Shown one piece after another: positions 36,460 to 45,945 of a DNA stretch of 64,000 nt (positions are counted from its first letter, which is position 1; each line of letters starts with the position of its first letter). Under the pieces are notes generated by a model. That model had not been told where the DNA came from. It searched no databases and saw only the letters and a list, made by a program, of their open reading frames with translations. Origin of the DNA: Oceaniferula sp. (lineage in GTDB: Bacteria; Verrucomicrobiota; Verrucomicrobiia; Verrucomicrobiales; Akkermansiaceae). Position numbers and translations under genes: made by a program. The stretch spans positions 3,903 through 67,902 of the forward strand of contig JBFERY010000008.1 in NCBI GenBank assembly GCA_041548785.1. The letters run 5' to 3'.

Positions 36460-37815
36460 TCACCCCCTCCACAAAGGCAGAACTTCCCGACTTCCCGACT
36501 TCCCGACTTCAAGACTTCCCGACTTCAACGCCCCCTTCTCGCTGGCGAGAATATCATCCATCGTCTGCCTCGGGCGGATCACACGCGCCCGCTCACCCTC
36601 GACCAGTATCTCCACGGGCAGCGGTCGGGAGTTGTAGTTTGAAGCCATCACAAATCCGTAAGCGCCGGCACTCAGCAGGGCAATGGCCTCGCCGGGGGCA
36701 AAATCGGGAAGTTCACGGTCCTGACAGAAAAAATCGCCGGTTTCACAGACCGGACCGACCACATCGACCTTCGATGATGCACCCGATGGCTCCCTGAGCG
36801 GCACGATCTCATGGTGGCCTTCGTAAAGGGCGGGCCGGATAAGGTCGTTCATACCGGCGTCCACAATCCGGAATGTTTTGGCCGACCCCTTTTTCTCGTA
36901 GAGACAACGCGTCAACAGAACGCCTGCGTTACCGACAATGTAGCGGCCCGGCTCGAGGAGAATCTTCAGACCCGTCTGCTTCAACGCGGGAATCACGCCG
37001 GCGGCATACTGCTCGATCGTCAGCGGCTTCTGATCCTCATCCCGGGCCGTCCACCAGCCGGACTGACCCGACTCCAAGGCGGGGTCATAGACAATCCCCA
37101 CGCCGCCACCAATGGAGAAAAACTCAATCCCATGAGCGGCCTTCAACCGGATGGCCAGCGGGGCCACTTTTTCAACCGCCTCAATAAATGGCTGCAATGA
37201 GGTGAGCTGGGAGCCGATATGCATCTGCAGTCCCCGGAGGAGGATGTGGGGCAATTGCGCGGCGCGCGCGTAGGCCTCGTCGATCGAGGCGAAATCCACG
37301 CCAAATTTGTTCTCCGACTTTCCGGTGGAGATGTACTTGTGCGTCTTGGCATCGACATTCGGGTTCACCCGGTAGGCAACGGGGGCCACCTTGCCCATTT
37401 CACCGGCCACGGTGTTGATAAAAGCCACTTCCTCCTCACTTTCGGCATTAAAGCAGTAAATCCCCTCGGCCAAGGCGTATTCAATCTCCTCACGGGTCTT
37501 GCCAACGCCGGCGAAAGTACACTTCCCCGCATCACCGCCCGCCTCAATCACACGGCGCAATTCCCCGCCCGAGACGATATCAAAGCCACTGCCCTCATCA
37601 ACCAGAAGTTTCAGCACCGAAAGATTCGAATTGGCCTTCACCGCATACTCGATGCCGTGGTCGATCTCGGCCAACGCCTGGTCAAGCCGACTGTAGTGGT
37701 CGCGGATCGTATTCGCGCTGTACACGTATGCCGGGGTGCCGTGCGCATCAGCAAGCTGGGCAAGATCAACGCCCTCACAATGCAAGGAGCCATTCTGGTA
37801 GTGGAAAGAGTGCAT
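36460..37815 (-). CDS. lysA: Diaminopimelate decarboxylase
   Basis: GTPAYVYS, YAVKANSN (PLP Lys), FDIVSGGE, HIGSQ, EPGRY, GPVCETGD, GAYG, SNYNSRP. Start moved to ATG 37815. Confidence 0.96.
   Translation of the reverse strand: MHSFHYQNGSLHCEGVDLAQLADAHGTPAYVYSANTIRDHYSRLDQALAEIDHGIEYAVKANSNLSVLKLLVDEGSGFDIVSGGELRRVIEAGGDAGKCTFAGVGKTREEIEYALAEGIYCFNAESEEEVAFINTVAGEMGKVAPVAYRVNPNVDAKTHKYISTGKSENKFGVDFASIDEAYARAAQLPHILLRGLQMHIGSQLTSLQPFIEAVEKVAPLAIRLKAAHGIEFFSIGGGVGIVYDPALESGQSGWWTARDEDQKPLTIEQYAAGVIPALKQTGLKILLEPGRYIVGNAGVLLTRCLYEKKGSAKTFRIVDAGMNDLIRPALYEGHHEIVPLREPSGASSKVDVVGPVCETGDFFCQDRELPDFAPGEAIALLSAGAYGFVMASNYNSRPLPVEILVEGERARVIRPRQTMDDILASEKGALKSGSLEVGKSGSREVLPLWRG
36483..36528. repeat. 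Octamer tandem repeat (CTTCCCGA, about 5.75 units) inside the lysA 3' tail
   Basis: Units at 36483, 36491, 36499, variant CTTCAAGA at 36507, 36515, and a partial unit at 36523. Confidence 0.9.
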
Positions 37816-37871
37816 GCCCCCGTTTGTACCAGCACGGGAAAATATGCAAGTGTCTAGCGTCCCCCCACCCT

Positions 37872-39020
37872 CTACATGACGTACATCGCCTTCACCATAT
37901 CCAGACACTTTTCCTTGGGTAACGGGCTCAACTCCATTTGATTCATGACGTAAGCAAAGGATATGCCCGCCTGCGGGTCACCAAAGGCATGGCTGCCACC
38001 CGCGCCAGGATGGCCGAAAGCACGTCGGGAAAGCCCGTAGTGATGCCGCTCTTTGCGCCCGAACCCATCCACCGGATCGCATTGAAACCCACAGGAAAAA
38101 GCCGTGCGCGTCTGTAAGATCTTATCATGCCCAGTCGTCCTGACCGCCCCCATCCACCCTCTGAGCTCGGGAGAAAAAAACGGGATCGCACCGCACGCCG
38201 CCTGGTAAAACTTCGCCACCCCGCTCGCTGTCCCCACGCCACCCATCGCCGGAAAACCCGCCTGCCACGCACGCGGGTCGTTCATCTCGCGCACCGAATG
38301 CATCCCCCGGGGCGAAAAAAACGCGCGCTTCACCAACGAGCCCGGCAAATGCAACTCACGGTAGAAGCCGTTCTCCAGATCCGACCGATCCTGCTTTCCC
38401 GGGTAGAGACAGGCCACCCGATGAAACTCGGATTCCGGCAGGCCCATCCACACATCAAGCCCCAGTGGCTCGGCAATTTTCTCCCGCCATAACACGCCCG
38501 TGGTTTTGCCCGTCAATCGCCGCAGAATTTCATCCTGAATAAACCCTAGCACCCGCGGATGATAACCGTGACCCGCGCCGCGCGGCCAGTTGGGCGACTG
38601 CTGCTCGACCGCCGCAATCACCTCGTCATGATCCCAGATCGAAGCCTCAACATCCAGAGCCGCCAAGCCCAGGCGATGCGACATGAGCTGAGCAACTGTC
38701 GCCCCCTTGACCGGAAACCGAGACCAAACTCCGCACACTTCATCGTCCGGCGTCATGCCCTGCTCCTCAAGCACCATCAGCAAAGTCGCCGCCGCCAAGC
38801 CCTTGGTGGTCGAATAAAAAGGCACCAGCGTCTCCGCCGTCCACACCCTTTCGCGCTCGCGCTCACACCACCCGTGCGCCAACGAAACCGTCTCCACCCC
38901 CTTGCACCAGACACTCACCGAGGCGCCCAACTCACCACGCTGCGCAAAGTTTTTCTGAAAGGCTTTCTCCAATTCGGGCAAATTCACACCCGCCCCATAA
39001 CTTAATGCTTCAAACTTCAC
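37872..39020 (-). CDS. Serine hydrolase, beta-lactamase/EstA family
   Basis: GELGASV, SxxK (YSTTK), LMSHRLG, GYH, FGHPGAGG. Start uncertain (GTG 39020 or 38987). Confidence 0.88.
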   Translation of the reverse strand: MKFEALSYGAGVNLPELEKAFQKNFAQRGELGASVSVWCKGVETVSLAHGWCERERERVWTAETLVPFYSTTKGLAAATLLMVLEEQGMTPDDEVCGVWSRFPVKGATVAQLMSHRLGLAALDVEASIWDHDEVIAAVEQQSPNWPRGAGHGYHPRVLGFIQDEILRRLTGKTTGVLWREKIAEPLGLDVWMGLPESEFHRVACLYPGKQDRSDLENGFYRELHLPGSLVKRAFFSPRGMHSVREMNDPRAWQAGFPAMGGVGTASGVAKFYQAACGAIPFFSPELRGWMGAVRTTGHDKILQTRTAFSCGFQCDPVDGFGRKERHHYGLSRRAFGHPGAGGSHAFGDPQAGISFAYVMNQMELSPLPKEKCLDMVKAMYVM

Positions 39021-39043
39021 ATCTAAATCTTCAAACTCATGTC

Positions 39044-39673
39044 ATGCCCGCCTGCGCCCGCACACCAGAATCCTGCGAATTCATGCCCGATGACTTTTTC
39101 CGCAGACACTCGTCCCGCGACATCTTCCACAATGACCACCCGCTGGAAATCGACCTCGGCTGCGGCGATGGCTCATTTCTCGTCGAAATGGCCGAGCACT
39201 ACCCCGAACGAAACTTCCTCGGCGTCGAACGCCTACTCGGTCGCGCCCGCGGCGTCTGCAAACGCATCCAATCACTCGGACTCACCAATGCCAAGGTGCT
39301 CCGCCTCGAAAGCCAATACACGGTCGAATGGCTGCTCGCCGAACACTCCGTTTCCCGGCTCCATCTCCTCTGCCCCGACCCCTGGCCCAAGGCCCGTCAC
39401 CATAAACGCCGACTCATCCAGCAGGAGTTTCTAACAATACTGCAGAAAACCCTGGGCCCACAAGGGGAGTTCCTCTTCAAAACCGATCACCCCGAGTACT
39501 TCGAGTGGGTCTGCGAGGAGATGGAAACATTTGCCCGATCAGGTGGTAAATTCACCCAGCTGCCATGGCCGGACGACGACGAAAAGGGATCCTTCTTCTA
39601 CCCTAAAACCGACTTCCAACGCCACTGGGAAAGCCAAGGGAAAACGATCCACCGCCTGCGTTTCCAAAGATAG
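39044..39673 (+). CDS. trmB: tRNA (guanine-N7)-methyltransferase
   Basis: LEIDLGCGDG, NFLGVE, CPDPWPKARHHKRR, FKTDH, KTDFQ. Start uncertain (39005, 39044 or 39083). Confidence 0.93.
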   Translation: MPACARTPESCEFMPDDFFRRHSSRDIFHNDHPLEIDLGCGDGSFLVEMAEHYPERNFLGVERLLGRARGVCKRIQSLGLTNAKVLRLESQYTVEWLLAEHSVSRLHLLCPDPWPKARHHKRRLIQQEFLTILQKTLGPQGEFLFKTDHPEYFEWVCEEMETFARSGGKFTQLPWPDDDEKGSFFYPKTDFQRHWESQGKTIHRLRFQR

Positions 39674-39764
39674 GCACCAACGCTGACGCCGATGGTGGCA
39701 CAAGCGGCACGGAAGCCCGCTCACCGGCGCATGACCATGCGGATCAATCTACTCGGCCGATCCC

Positions 39765-40367
39765 TTAAAAATTGGAAGGATTGTCCCTGTTGTCCGCTGT
39801 TCCTCCATCTTTGGAAAACTTGTTATCGGGACCGTAACTGAATACGATGATCTTGCGCCTGATTCTCTCATCCGAGTCATAGGGGTGTTCTATCCCTTCT
39901 TCATCCGCGCCCTGCAAGTAATCAAGCGTGATATGGTATCTGCTTCCCCATGGATCGTAGAGTGCGGCGGTCCCCGCCGTCCTGTCCAGATGCATTCCAT
40001 CCTTGTAGTTCGCATCACTACTCCCTTTCGGCTCTTCCTGTGAAAAATAGGTAATGCCCTTGAAATTGAGCTCATCCTCCAGCCCCGCAAGCACAGCCAT
40101 CAGCCCGTCGTTATCATCCTGGCTCAACTCCTCTTCCACGGTAGGATATTCTTCTCCTCCATAAGGAAGGAAATTGTACTCGTTCTCAAAGCCGTCCACA
40201 GCCATTTCAACGCTTTTACAGACGGTCGAAGCCCTTACAATTTTCGCCTTCGTCAACGAACGGAGTATAGCGGGGGATGCCATGACAGCCAGAGCCGCAA
40301 TGATCGCAATCACCACCAACAGTTCAACCAGGGTAAATCCTCCATTTCGCTTCGTTTTTATATTCAT
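39765..40367 (-). CDS. Type IV pilin/type II secretion pseudopilin (prepilin N-terminal methylation domain)
   Basis: KRNGG|FTLVELLVVIAIIA class III signal, DPWG, SYGPD; visibly lower GC than its neighbours. Confidence 0.9.
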   Translation of the reverse strand: MNIKTKRNGGFTLVELLVVIAIIAALAVMASPAILRSLTKAKIVRASTVCKSVEMAVDGFENEYNFLPYGGEEYPTVEEELSQDDNDGLMAVLAGLEDELNFKGITYFSQEEPKGSSDANYKDGMHLDRTAGTAALYDPWGSRYHITLDYLQGADEEGIEHPYDSDERIRRKIIVFSYGPDNKFSKDGGTADNRDNPSNF

Positions 40368-40486
40368 CTTTTCTATTGGGATTGGGTTATTGTTTGAATT
40401 AGGTTCTCCAAGTGATAGAGTCCGTTTACGCTATGGATCATGGCTCAACACTAGTTACCTGTCAGCTATCCTTAGCGCATATCACG

Positions 40487-40554
40487 CACTCAGACTTGAC
40501 GGTACCCACTCAGACAGAATTCCCACTCAGGCGCAACCACGGAGTTAACCACGG
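40487..40554. repeat. Short direct repeats upstream of the pilin: CACTCAG x3 and AACCACGG x2
   Basis: CACTCAG at 40487, 40507 and 40524; AACCACGG at 40535 and 40547. Confidence 0.55.
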
Positions 40555-40689
40555 CGATACATTGTGCATGCACGAATATCACCGCAATAACACCCCCGCA
40601 AATGGAAAATCAACGTCACATCGATATCCGTCGACATATTTCCACAAAAAAATCATGTTCATCCTGAAAAATCAATCCACTATCGTCCT

Positions 40690-43041
40690 ATGAAAAACCT
40701 CCGGGAGCGCATCCGCACCCTCATGCAATCCCCCGACTACCGACCTCTGAACAAGTCCGAGTTCGCCCGCACCCTGAACGTCAAAGCCAACGAACGCTCG
40801 GCGCTCAGAGCCGAACTTCTCGACCTCGAAAACAAGGGCCGCATCGTCCGGGGCAAAAAAGGCCGCTATTCGTTGCGGGAAAAATCGCGCGGCAAAGGAG
40901 GCAAAGGGACATCCGGCCCGGACGCCCTGCTCATCGGCACGATCCGCTTTCAAAACTCGGGCCACGCATGGTTCTACCCCAATGCCAACGATGCCACCAA
41001 TGAGGCCGCCGGCATGGACCTTCAAAAATTCAGCCGTATTTTTGTCCCCTCCACCAAAACATCCACCGCGATGAACGGCGACCACGTCGCCGTGCGCGTC
41101 GATCGCATCGGCCAGCCCGACTGGACAAAACATCGCAAAGGTCGCAGCCAGAAGGCGGCTGGCATGCCGAAACCCGCCGACGAAGCCGCCGGCTTCGTCG
41201 AGAAAATCATTTCCCGCGGCATGGCCCGTATCATCGGCACCTATTTCCGCCACGGAAAATTCGCCCACGTCCAGCCCAATGACATCAAAATCCCCGATGT
41301 CAACATCGACCAAGCTTCGCTGCCACAGGGCAAGGAAGACGGCCCCAAGCCGGGCCAGATCGTCGCCGTCGAACTCATCCGCTGGGACAACCCGAACTCA
41401 AAACCGCTCGGGCGTGTCACCGAGGTGCTGGGATGGCCCGACACCCCGGGCATCGACATGCTTGCCATCGTCCACAGGCTCGGCCTGCGGGACGAATTCC
41501 CCGACAGGGCATTGGAAGAGGCCAAGGCCTTCGGCGACTCCGTCAGCAAAAACGACACCCTGGACCGCGACGACTGGCGGGACCGTGCGGTCATCACCAT
41601 CGATCCCCACGATGCCAAGGACTTCGATGATGCCATCAGCGTGCAAAAAATGCCCCATGGCGGCTGGCAACTCGCGGTCCACATCGCCGACGTGTCCCAC
41701 TACGTCAAACCCGGCAGCGCACTTGACAAAGAAGCACGCGAACGCGGCAACTCAACCTACATGGCCGACCGCGTCCTGCCCATGATCCCACGCGAGCTCT
41801 CGAACCACCTCTGCTCACTCATGCCGGGAGTCGATCGCCTCACCCAGTGCTGCCTGATGAACATCGACAAGGACGGGCACATCCGCTCCTCCCGCTTCAC
41901 CCGGGCCGTCATTCACTCTGGCCGCCGCTTCACCTACGAGCAGGTCCAGGACATCCTGATGAAACCCGCCAAAGAGGTTGCCAAACTCTTTCCCGACGAG
42001 GATCCCGCCATCATCTCCATGCTCCACGAAGCATGGGCCCTCGCCTCGCTGCTCCGCAAACAACGCTTTGCCAATGGCGCACTCGACCTCGACATGCCCG
42101 AGGTCAGCGTCGTGTTGGACGACCAGGGGACGCCCACCGGCATTGTCAAAAGCGAGTACAACGAGTCCCACCAGCTGATCGAGGAATGCATGCTCGTTGC
42201 CAACGAGTCCACCGCCAAGATCCTTAAAAACCGATCACAAAATACCATCTACCGCATCCACGACGATCCGGACCCGGATCGACTCAACGAATACGCAGAG
42301 CTGGCACGCCTGCACGGGTACAAACCCGGCGACCTGACCAACAAAAAACATATCCAGAAATTGTTGAATGACGCCAAGGGGTCGGTTGAAGAGCACGCCA
42401 TCAAGATCGGGTTGCTCAAGTCACTCAAGCGTGCCGTCTATTTCCAAGACCCGCTCGGTCACTACGGACTCTCCAAGGCGAACTACTGCCACTTCACCTC
42501 ACCCATCCGCCGCTACGCCGACCTCGTCGTCCATCGCGGCCTTCAGCGCAATCTCGAAAACCCGCCGAAGCACGTTGATAAAACGCCCTCACCGGGCGAG
42601 GTCGCCCAGATCGCGCTGCACATCTCGGAAACCGAACGCACCAGCGCCGAGGCCGAAAACGAGTCCCGCCGCCTCAAGATGCTCCAGTACCTCCACATCT
42701 GCTCCCTCCAGGACGACCCGCCTGTATTCAACACCGTGGTCACCGACGTCCGCCACTTCGGACTCTTTGTCGAGGCCCTCGACATCATGACCAAGGGGCT
42801 GATCCAAACCGAGGAATTTCCTGAAGGCGAATGGCGCTTCGAACAGAACCTCATCCGTTTCACCGGCCCCAGAGGCCAGAAGTTCACCATCGGGGAGCAA
42901 TACAAGTGCATCGTCGCCAAAGTCGACATGGAACGCCAAATGGTCGACTTCAAGTTTGCCGATGCCCAGGCTCCTGTCAAAAAAGACAAGCCACGGAACA
43001 GGCGGCGTCGCCCCAACCCCAAGGAACGAAAAAACCCTTGA
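40690..43041 (+). CDS. rnr: Ribonuclease R
   Basis: N-terminal HTH, cold-shock domains, TIDPHDAKDFDDAIS, VHIADV, HQLIEECM, HFTSPIRRYADL, S1 domain, basic tail. Confidence 0.95.
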   Translation: MKNLRERIRTLMQSPDYRPLNKSEFARTLNVKANERSALRAELLDLENKGRIVRGKKGRYSLREKSRGKGGKGTSGPDALLIGTIRFQNSGHAWFYPNANDATNEAAGMDLQKFSRIFVPSTKTSTAMNGDHVAVRVDRIGQPDWTKHRKGRSQKAAGMPKPADEAAGFVEKIISRGMARIIGTYFRHGKFAHVQPNDIKIPDVNIDQASLPQGKEDGPKPGQIVAVELIRWDNPNSKPLGRVTEVLGWPDTPGIDMLAIVHRLGLRDEFPDRALEEAKAFGDSVSKNDTLDRDDWRDRAVITIDPHDAKDFDDAISVQKMPHGGWQLAVHIADVSHYVKPGSALDKEARERGNSTYMADRVLPMIPRELSNHLCSLMPGVDRLTQCCLMNIDKDGHIRSSRFTRAVIHSGRRFTYEQVQDILMKPAKEVAKLFPDEDPAIISMLHEAWALASLLRKQRFANGALDLDMPEVSVVLDDQGTPTGIVKSEYNESHQLIEECMLVANESTAKILKNRSQNTIYRIHDDPDPDRLNEYAELARLHGYKPGDLTNKKHIQKLLNDAKGSVEEHAIKIGLLKSLKRAVYFQDPLGHYGLSKANYCHFTSPIRRYADLVVHRGLQRNLENPPKHVDKTPSPGEVAQIALHISETERTSAEAENESRRLKMLQYLHICSLQDDPPVFNTVVTDVRHFGLFVEALDIMTKGLIQTEEFPEGEWRFEQNLIRFTGPRGQKFTIGEQYKCIVAKVDMERQMVDFKFADAQAPVKKDKPRNRRRRPNPKERKNP

Positions 43042-43051
43042 TGAACAAGGG
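43035..43051. terminator. Small hairpin between convergent rnr and tRNA-Val
   Basis: CCCTTG-ATGAA-CAAGGG preceded by an A-run. Confidence 0.4.
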
Positions 43052-43062
43052 CTGGGGGAAAA

Positions 43063-43137
43063 TGGTGCGCGATGCAGGATTTGAACCTGCGACATCATGC
43101 GTGTGAAGCATGCGCTCTACCCCTGAGCTAATCGCGC
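43063..43137 (-). tRNA. tRNA-Val (anticodon CAC), CCA encoded
   Basis: GCGCGAT acceptor stem, CATGC-TTCACAC-GCATG anticodon arm, GGTTCAAATCC T-arm, ACCA end. Confidence 0.97.
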
Positions 43138-43219
43138 TTAAGACCGGCCACCCTGGTTGTGGCTCGGCGGGGATTTATTACCCGAGTCATTGGCAGGATG
43201 CAAGCCTATTTGGGTGATT

Positions 43220-44620
43220 CTAGAAGCGCACTTCCTTGCCGAGCACGCCGACCTCGATATCGCCGTGATGGATTTCGCGCAGGGCTTCGCAGAAGACGTC
43301 GGAGCGCGTCTTTTCGCCGTGGACAAGCCAGACTTTTTTCTTCGGTCCTGTGGTCGCGTTAAAGTAATCGATCAGCTCCGAGTGGTCGGCGTGGCCGGAG
43401 AAGGAGTCCATGATCTCGACCTTCGCCTTGAGTTCGTATGGGTCGCCAAAGATTCTGACCTCCGGCTCGTTGTGGCGGATTTTCCAGCCGAGCGTGTTTT
43501 CTGCGCAGTAGCCGACAAAGAGGATGGTATTGTTAGGGTTGCCGATCCCGTTTTTCAGGTGGTGCAGGATACGGCCCGCCTCGCACATCCCCGAAGCGGA
43601 GATGATGATGCCCTGCTTTTTGCTGTCGTTGAGTTCTTTGGACTTCGATACCGCGCGGATCAGGGTGAGGCCCTCGAATCCGAACGGGTCCCGTTTTTCA
43701 TAAAGGAAGTCGTTCACCTCTTCATTAAAGCACTCCGGGTGAAGGCGGAAGATCTCCGTCGCGTTCACCGCGAGCGGGCTATCGACGTAAACCGGGATTT
43801 CAGGCACCAGGCCGTCTACAAAGAGCTGGTGCAGGACATAGAGAATCTGCTGGGTGCGCTCGACGGCGAAGCATGGGATGATGATTTTCCCGCCCCGCTC
43901 AATCGCCTTGTTCAAGACCTCGGCAATACGATCGTCCGCCCCGGTTCCCAACTCGTGTTCGCGCCCGCCGTAAGTGCTCTCCATGAGGACGTAATCGACG
44001 TCTTTGACAGGTACGGGATCGTTCAGGAGATCGTTCCCCCCCCGACCGACATCGCCGGAGAACAGGAAGCGCTTCTTTTTGCCATCCTCCTCATCATCGA
44101 TTTCCAGCAAGATCTGGGCACTGCCGAGGATATGTCCGGCATCAAAAAAACGGATGGTAACACCGGGCGCAATCATGATCGGGCGGTCGTAACCGATGTT
44201 GACAAACTGCTTCAGACACTTCTCGGCATCCCGCGCGGTGTAAAGCGGCTCAACCAGCGGTTTGTTCTTCTTTTTGAGATGCTTGTTCAGCCATTTGGTG
44301 TCGCTCTCCTGGATGTGGGCACTGTCGGCCAGCATGATCTGGCAAAGGTCACGGGTGGCGAAGGTGGCGTAGATGTTCCCCTGAAAACCCTTCGCACAGA
44401 GGTTGGGCAAGTTGCCCGAGTGGTCAATGTGCGCGTGGGATAGGACAACACAGTCGATCGAGGACGGATCGAAGTAGGGGAAACAGCAGTTGATCTCATA
44501 GGCGTCCTTGCGATGCCCCTGATAGAGCCCGCAGTCGAGCAGGATGCGTTTCCCATTGACCTCCAGCAGATGCTGGGAACCTGTTGTCGTACCGGCCGCG
44601 CCGCAGAACTTGAGTATCAT
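43220..44620 (-). CDS. MBL-fold beta-CASP metallo-hydrolase (RNA-processing YSH1-like)
   Basis: LLDCGLYQG, SHAHIDHSG, AGHILGS, FSGDVG, MESTYG, ASGMCEAGRI, FSGHAD, VHGE. Start moved to ATG 44620. Confidence 0.93.
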   Translation of the reverse strand: MILKFCGAAGTTTGSQHLLEVNGKRILLDCGLYQGHRKDAYEINCCFPYFDPSSIDCVVLSHAHIDHSGNLPNLCAKGFQGNIYATFATRDLCQIMLADSAHIQESDTKWLNKHLKKKNKPLVEPLYTARDAEKCLKQFVNIGYDRPIMIAPGVTIRFFDAGHILGSAQILLEIDDEEDGKKKRFLFSGDVGRGGNDLLNDPVPVKDVDYVLMESTYGGREHELGTGADDRIAEVLNKAIERGGKIIIPCFAVERTQQILYVLHQLFVDGLVPEIPVYVDSPLAVNATEIFRLHPECFNEEVNDFLYEKRDPFGFEGLTLIRAVSKSKELNDSKKQGIIISASGMCEAGRILHHLKNGIGNPNNTILFVGYCAENTLGWKIRHNEPEVRIFGDPYELKAKVEIMDSFSGHADHSELIDYFNATTGPKKKVWLVHGEKTRSDVFCEALREIHHGDIEVGVLGKEVRF

Positions 44621-44683
44621 AGGTTCACTATGACAGCAAAATCCCCGGGGATGCAAGGAGGGAGGTGATTTTCTAGCGGCCGT

Positions 44684-44704
44684 CCACCGGCTACCGGCTA
44701 CCGA
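44684..44704. repeat. Heptamer tandem repeat (CTACCGG-like, 3 units) overlapping the ftsA stop codon
   Basis: CCACCGG CTACCGG CTACCGA. Confidence 0.6.
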
Positions 44705-45915
44705 CCAAACGGCCAGATCGAGCGGAGTGCCCGGGTCACGACGCTGCCACCGGTATCGGCGTCACGCTCTGCGTCGAGAATCTGGGCGTAGCGGATCAGG
44801 CCGACGGCGGTGGAATACTGCGGGTCACGGAAGTTCGCGTGGACGCCGCTGATGTTTGACTGCTCCGCGAGATAGATCGGCAGACCAAAAATCTCATTGG
44901 CCAGCTCGCTGAAGCCGCGCATGCGGCTGGTCCCCCCCGTTAGAAAGACACCCGCTCCAATTCCCATGAGTGCGTTTGCGGGAAGCCGATCGCGGACAAG
45001 GTAGAGGGTTTCCTCGAGTCGGCCGTTAATCACGTCGTTAAGCAGGGAGCGCTTGATCTCGCCCTCCTCGAAGCCGTTGTCGTCCACCACCTTGACGTTG
45101 CCAATTCCCCGGGCGGGATCACCGGATGCATCGCCCTCGGTTTTTTTCAACTCCTCGGCGCGGCTCAGCGGGATGTGGGTAATCAGGTGGATGTCATTGG
45201 TGATGTGGTCCCCTCCCACCGGGATGCAGCCGGACGCCGCGATCGAGCCCTTGAGGTAGAGCACGTAGTCGGTGGTGCCTCCGCCGATGTCGATGACCAG
45301 GGCGCCGGCGTCCTTTTGCTCGCGCTCGAGTGCCACCTGGGCGGTAGCGATCGGCGCAAACACGACATCATCGACCTCCAAAGGAATTTCCCTGACACAC
45401 TTGATGCTATTTTGAATGCGGGTGCGGATGCCGTGCACGATGTGAAAGTCCACCTCGAGCGAGCGTCCTAACAGACCTATAGGGCTTACCGTATGTTCAT
45501 GTTTGTCGAGCCGGTAGTGGCGGATGAAATTATGCAGGTAAACGTGGTCACCGGGGATGGCGAGGTCGCGCGCGATCTCGGTCGCCTCGTCGATGTGACC
45601 TTCGTGCACCACCTCCTCCTCGTCGGGCAAACGGAATGTGCCGCGATTGTTCACGCCCTCGATATGGGCACCCGTTACCGCGAGCAGCACGCTGCTGATG
45701 TCGACGTCACAGACATCCTCGGCCTTGAGCAAGGCGTCCTTGAGACCGGCACGCGCCTGCGGGTAGTCAGAGATCTCGCCCTTTCTGACACCGGCGCTAC
45801 GCGTCTCGCCGACACCGAGAATCTTCACCGACCCGTCAGGCTTCACCTCGCCCACCACCATACAGGTTTTGGTGGTGCCTATTTCGAGTCCTACATGTAT
45901 TTTGGTGCTGGCCAT
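44698..45915 (-). CDS. ftsA: Cell division protein FtsA
   Basis: GLEIGTTK, GVRKG, VIDIGGGTT, GGDHITND, LTGGTS. Confidence 0.95.
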   Translation of the reverse strand: MASTKIHVGLEIGTTKTCMVVGEVKPDGSVKILGVGETRSAGVRKGEISDYPQARAGLKDALLKAEDVCDVDISSVLLAVTGAHIEGVNNRGTFRLPDEEEVVHEGHIDEATEIARDLAIPGDHVYLHNFIRHYRLDKHEHTVSPIGLLGRSLEVDFHIVHGIRTRIQNSIKCVREIPLEVDDVVFAPIATAQVALEREQKDAGALVIDIGGGTTDYVLYLKGSIAASGCIPVGGDHITNDIHLITHIPLSRAEELKKTEGDASGDPARGIGNVKVVDDNGFEEGEIKRSLLNDVINGRLEETLYLVRDRLPANALMGIGAGVFLTGGTSRMRGFSELANEIFGLPIYLAEQSNISGVHANFRDPQYSTAVGLIRYAQILDAERDADTGGSVVTRALRSIWPFGR

Positions 45916-45945
45916 TAATCAGAGCAAAGGATGGGTGAGTGCGGG

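Noticed and set aside
40440-40560. c-di-GMP-I riboswitch in the pilin leader
   Set aside because: A GATAGC-like fragment is present, but there is no GAAA-tetraloop P1 and the receptor elements are in the wrong order.
43157-44443. 428-aa plus-strand ORF
   Set aside because: Antisense shadow of the beta-CASP gene with no recognisable motifs.
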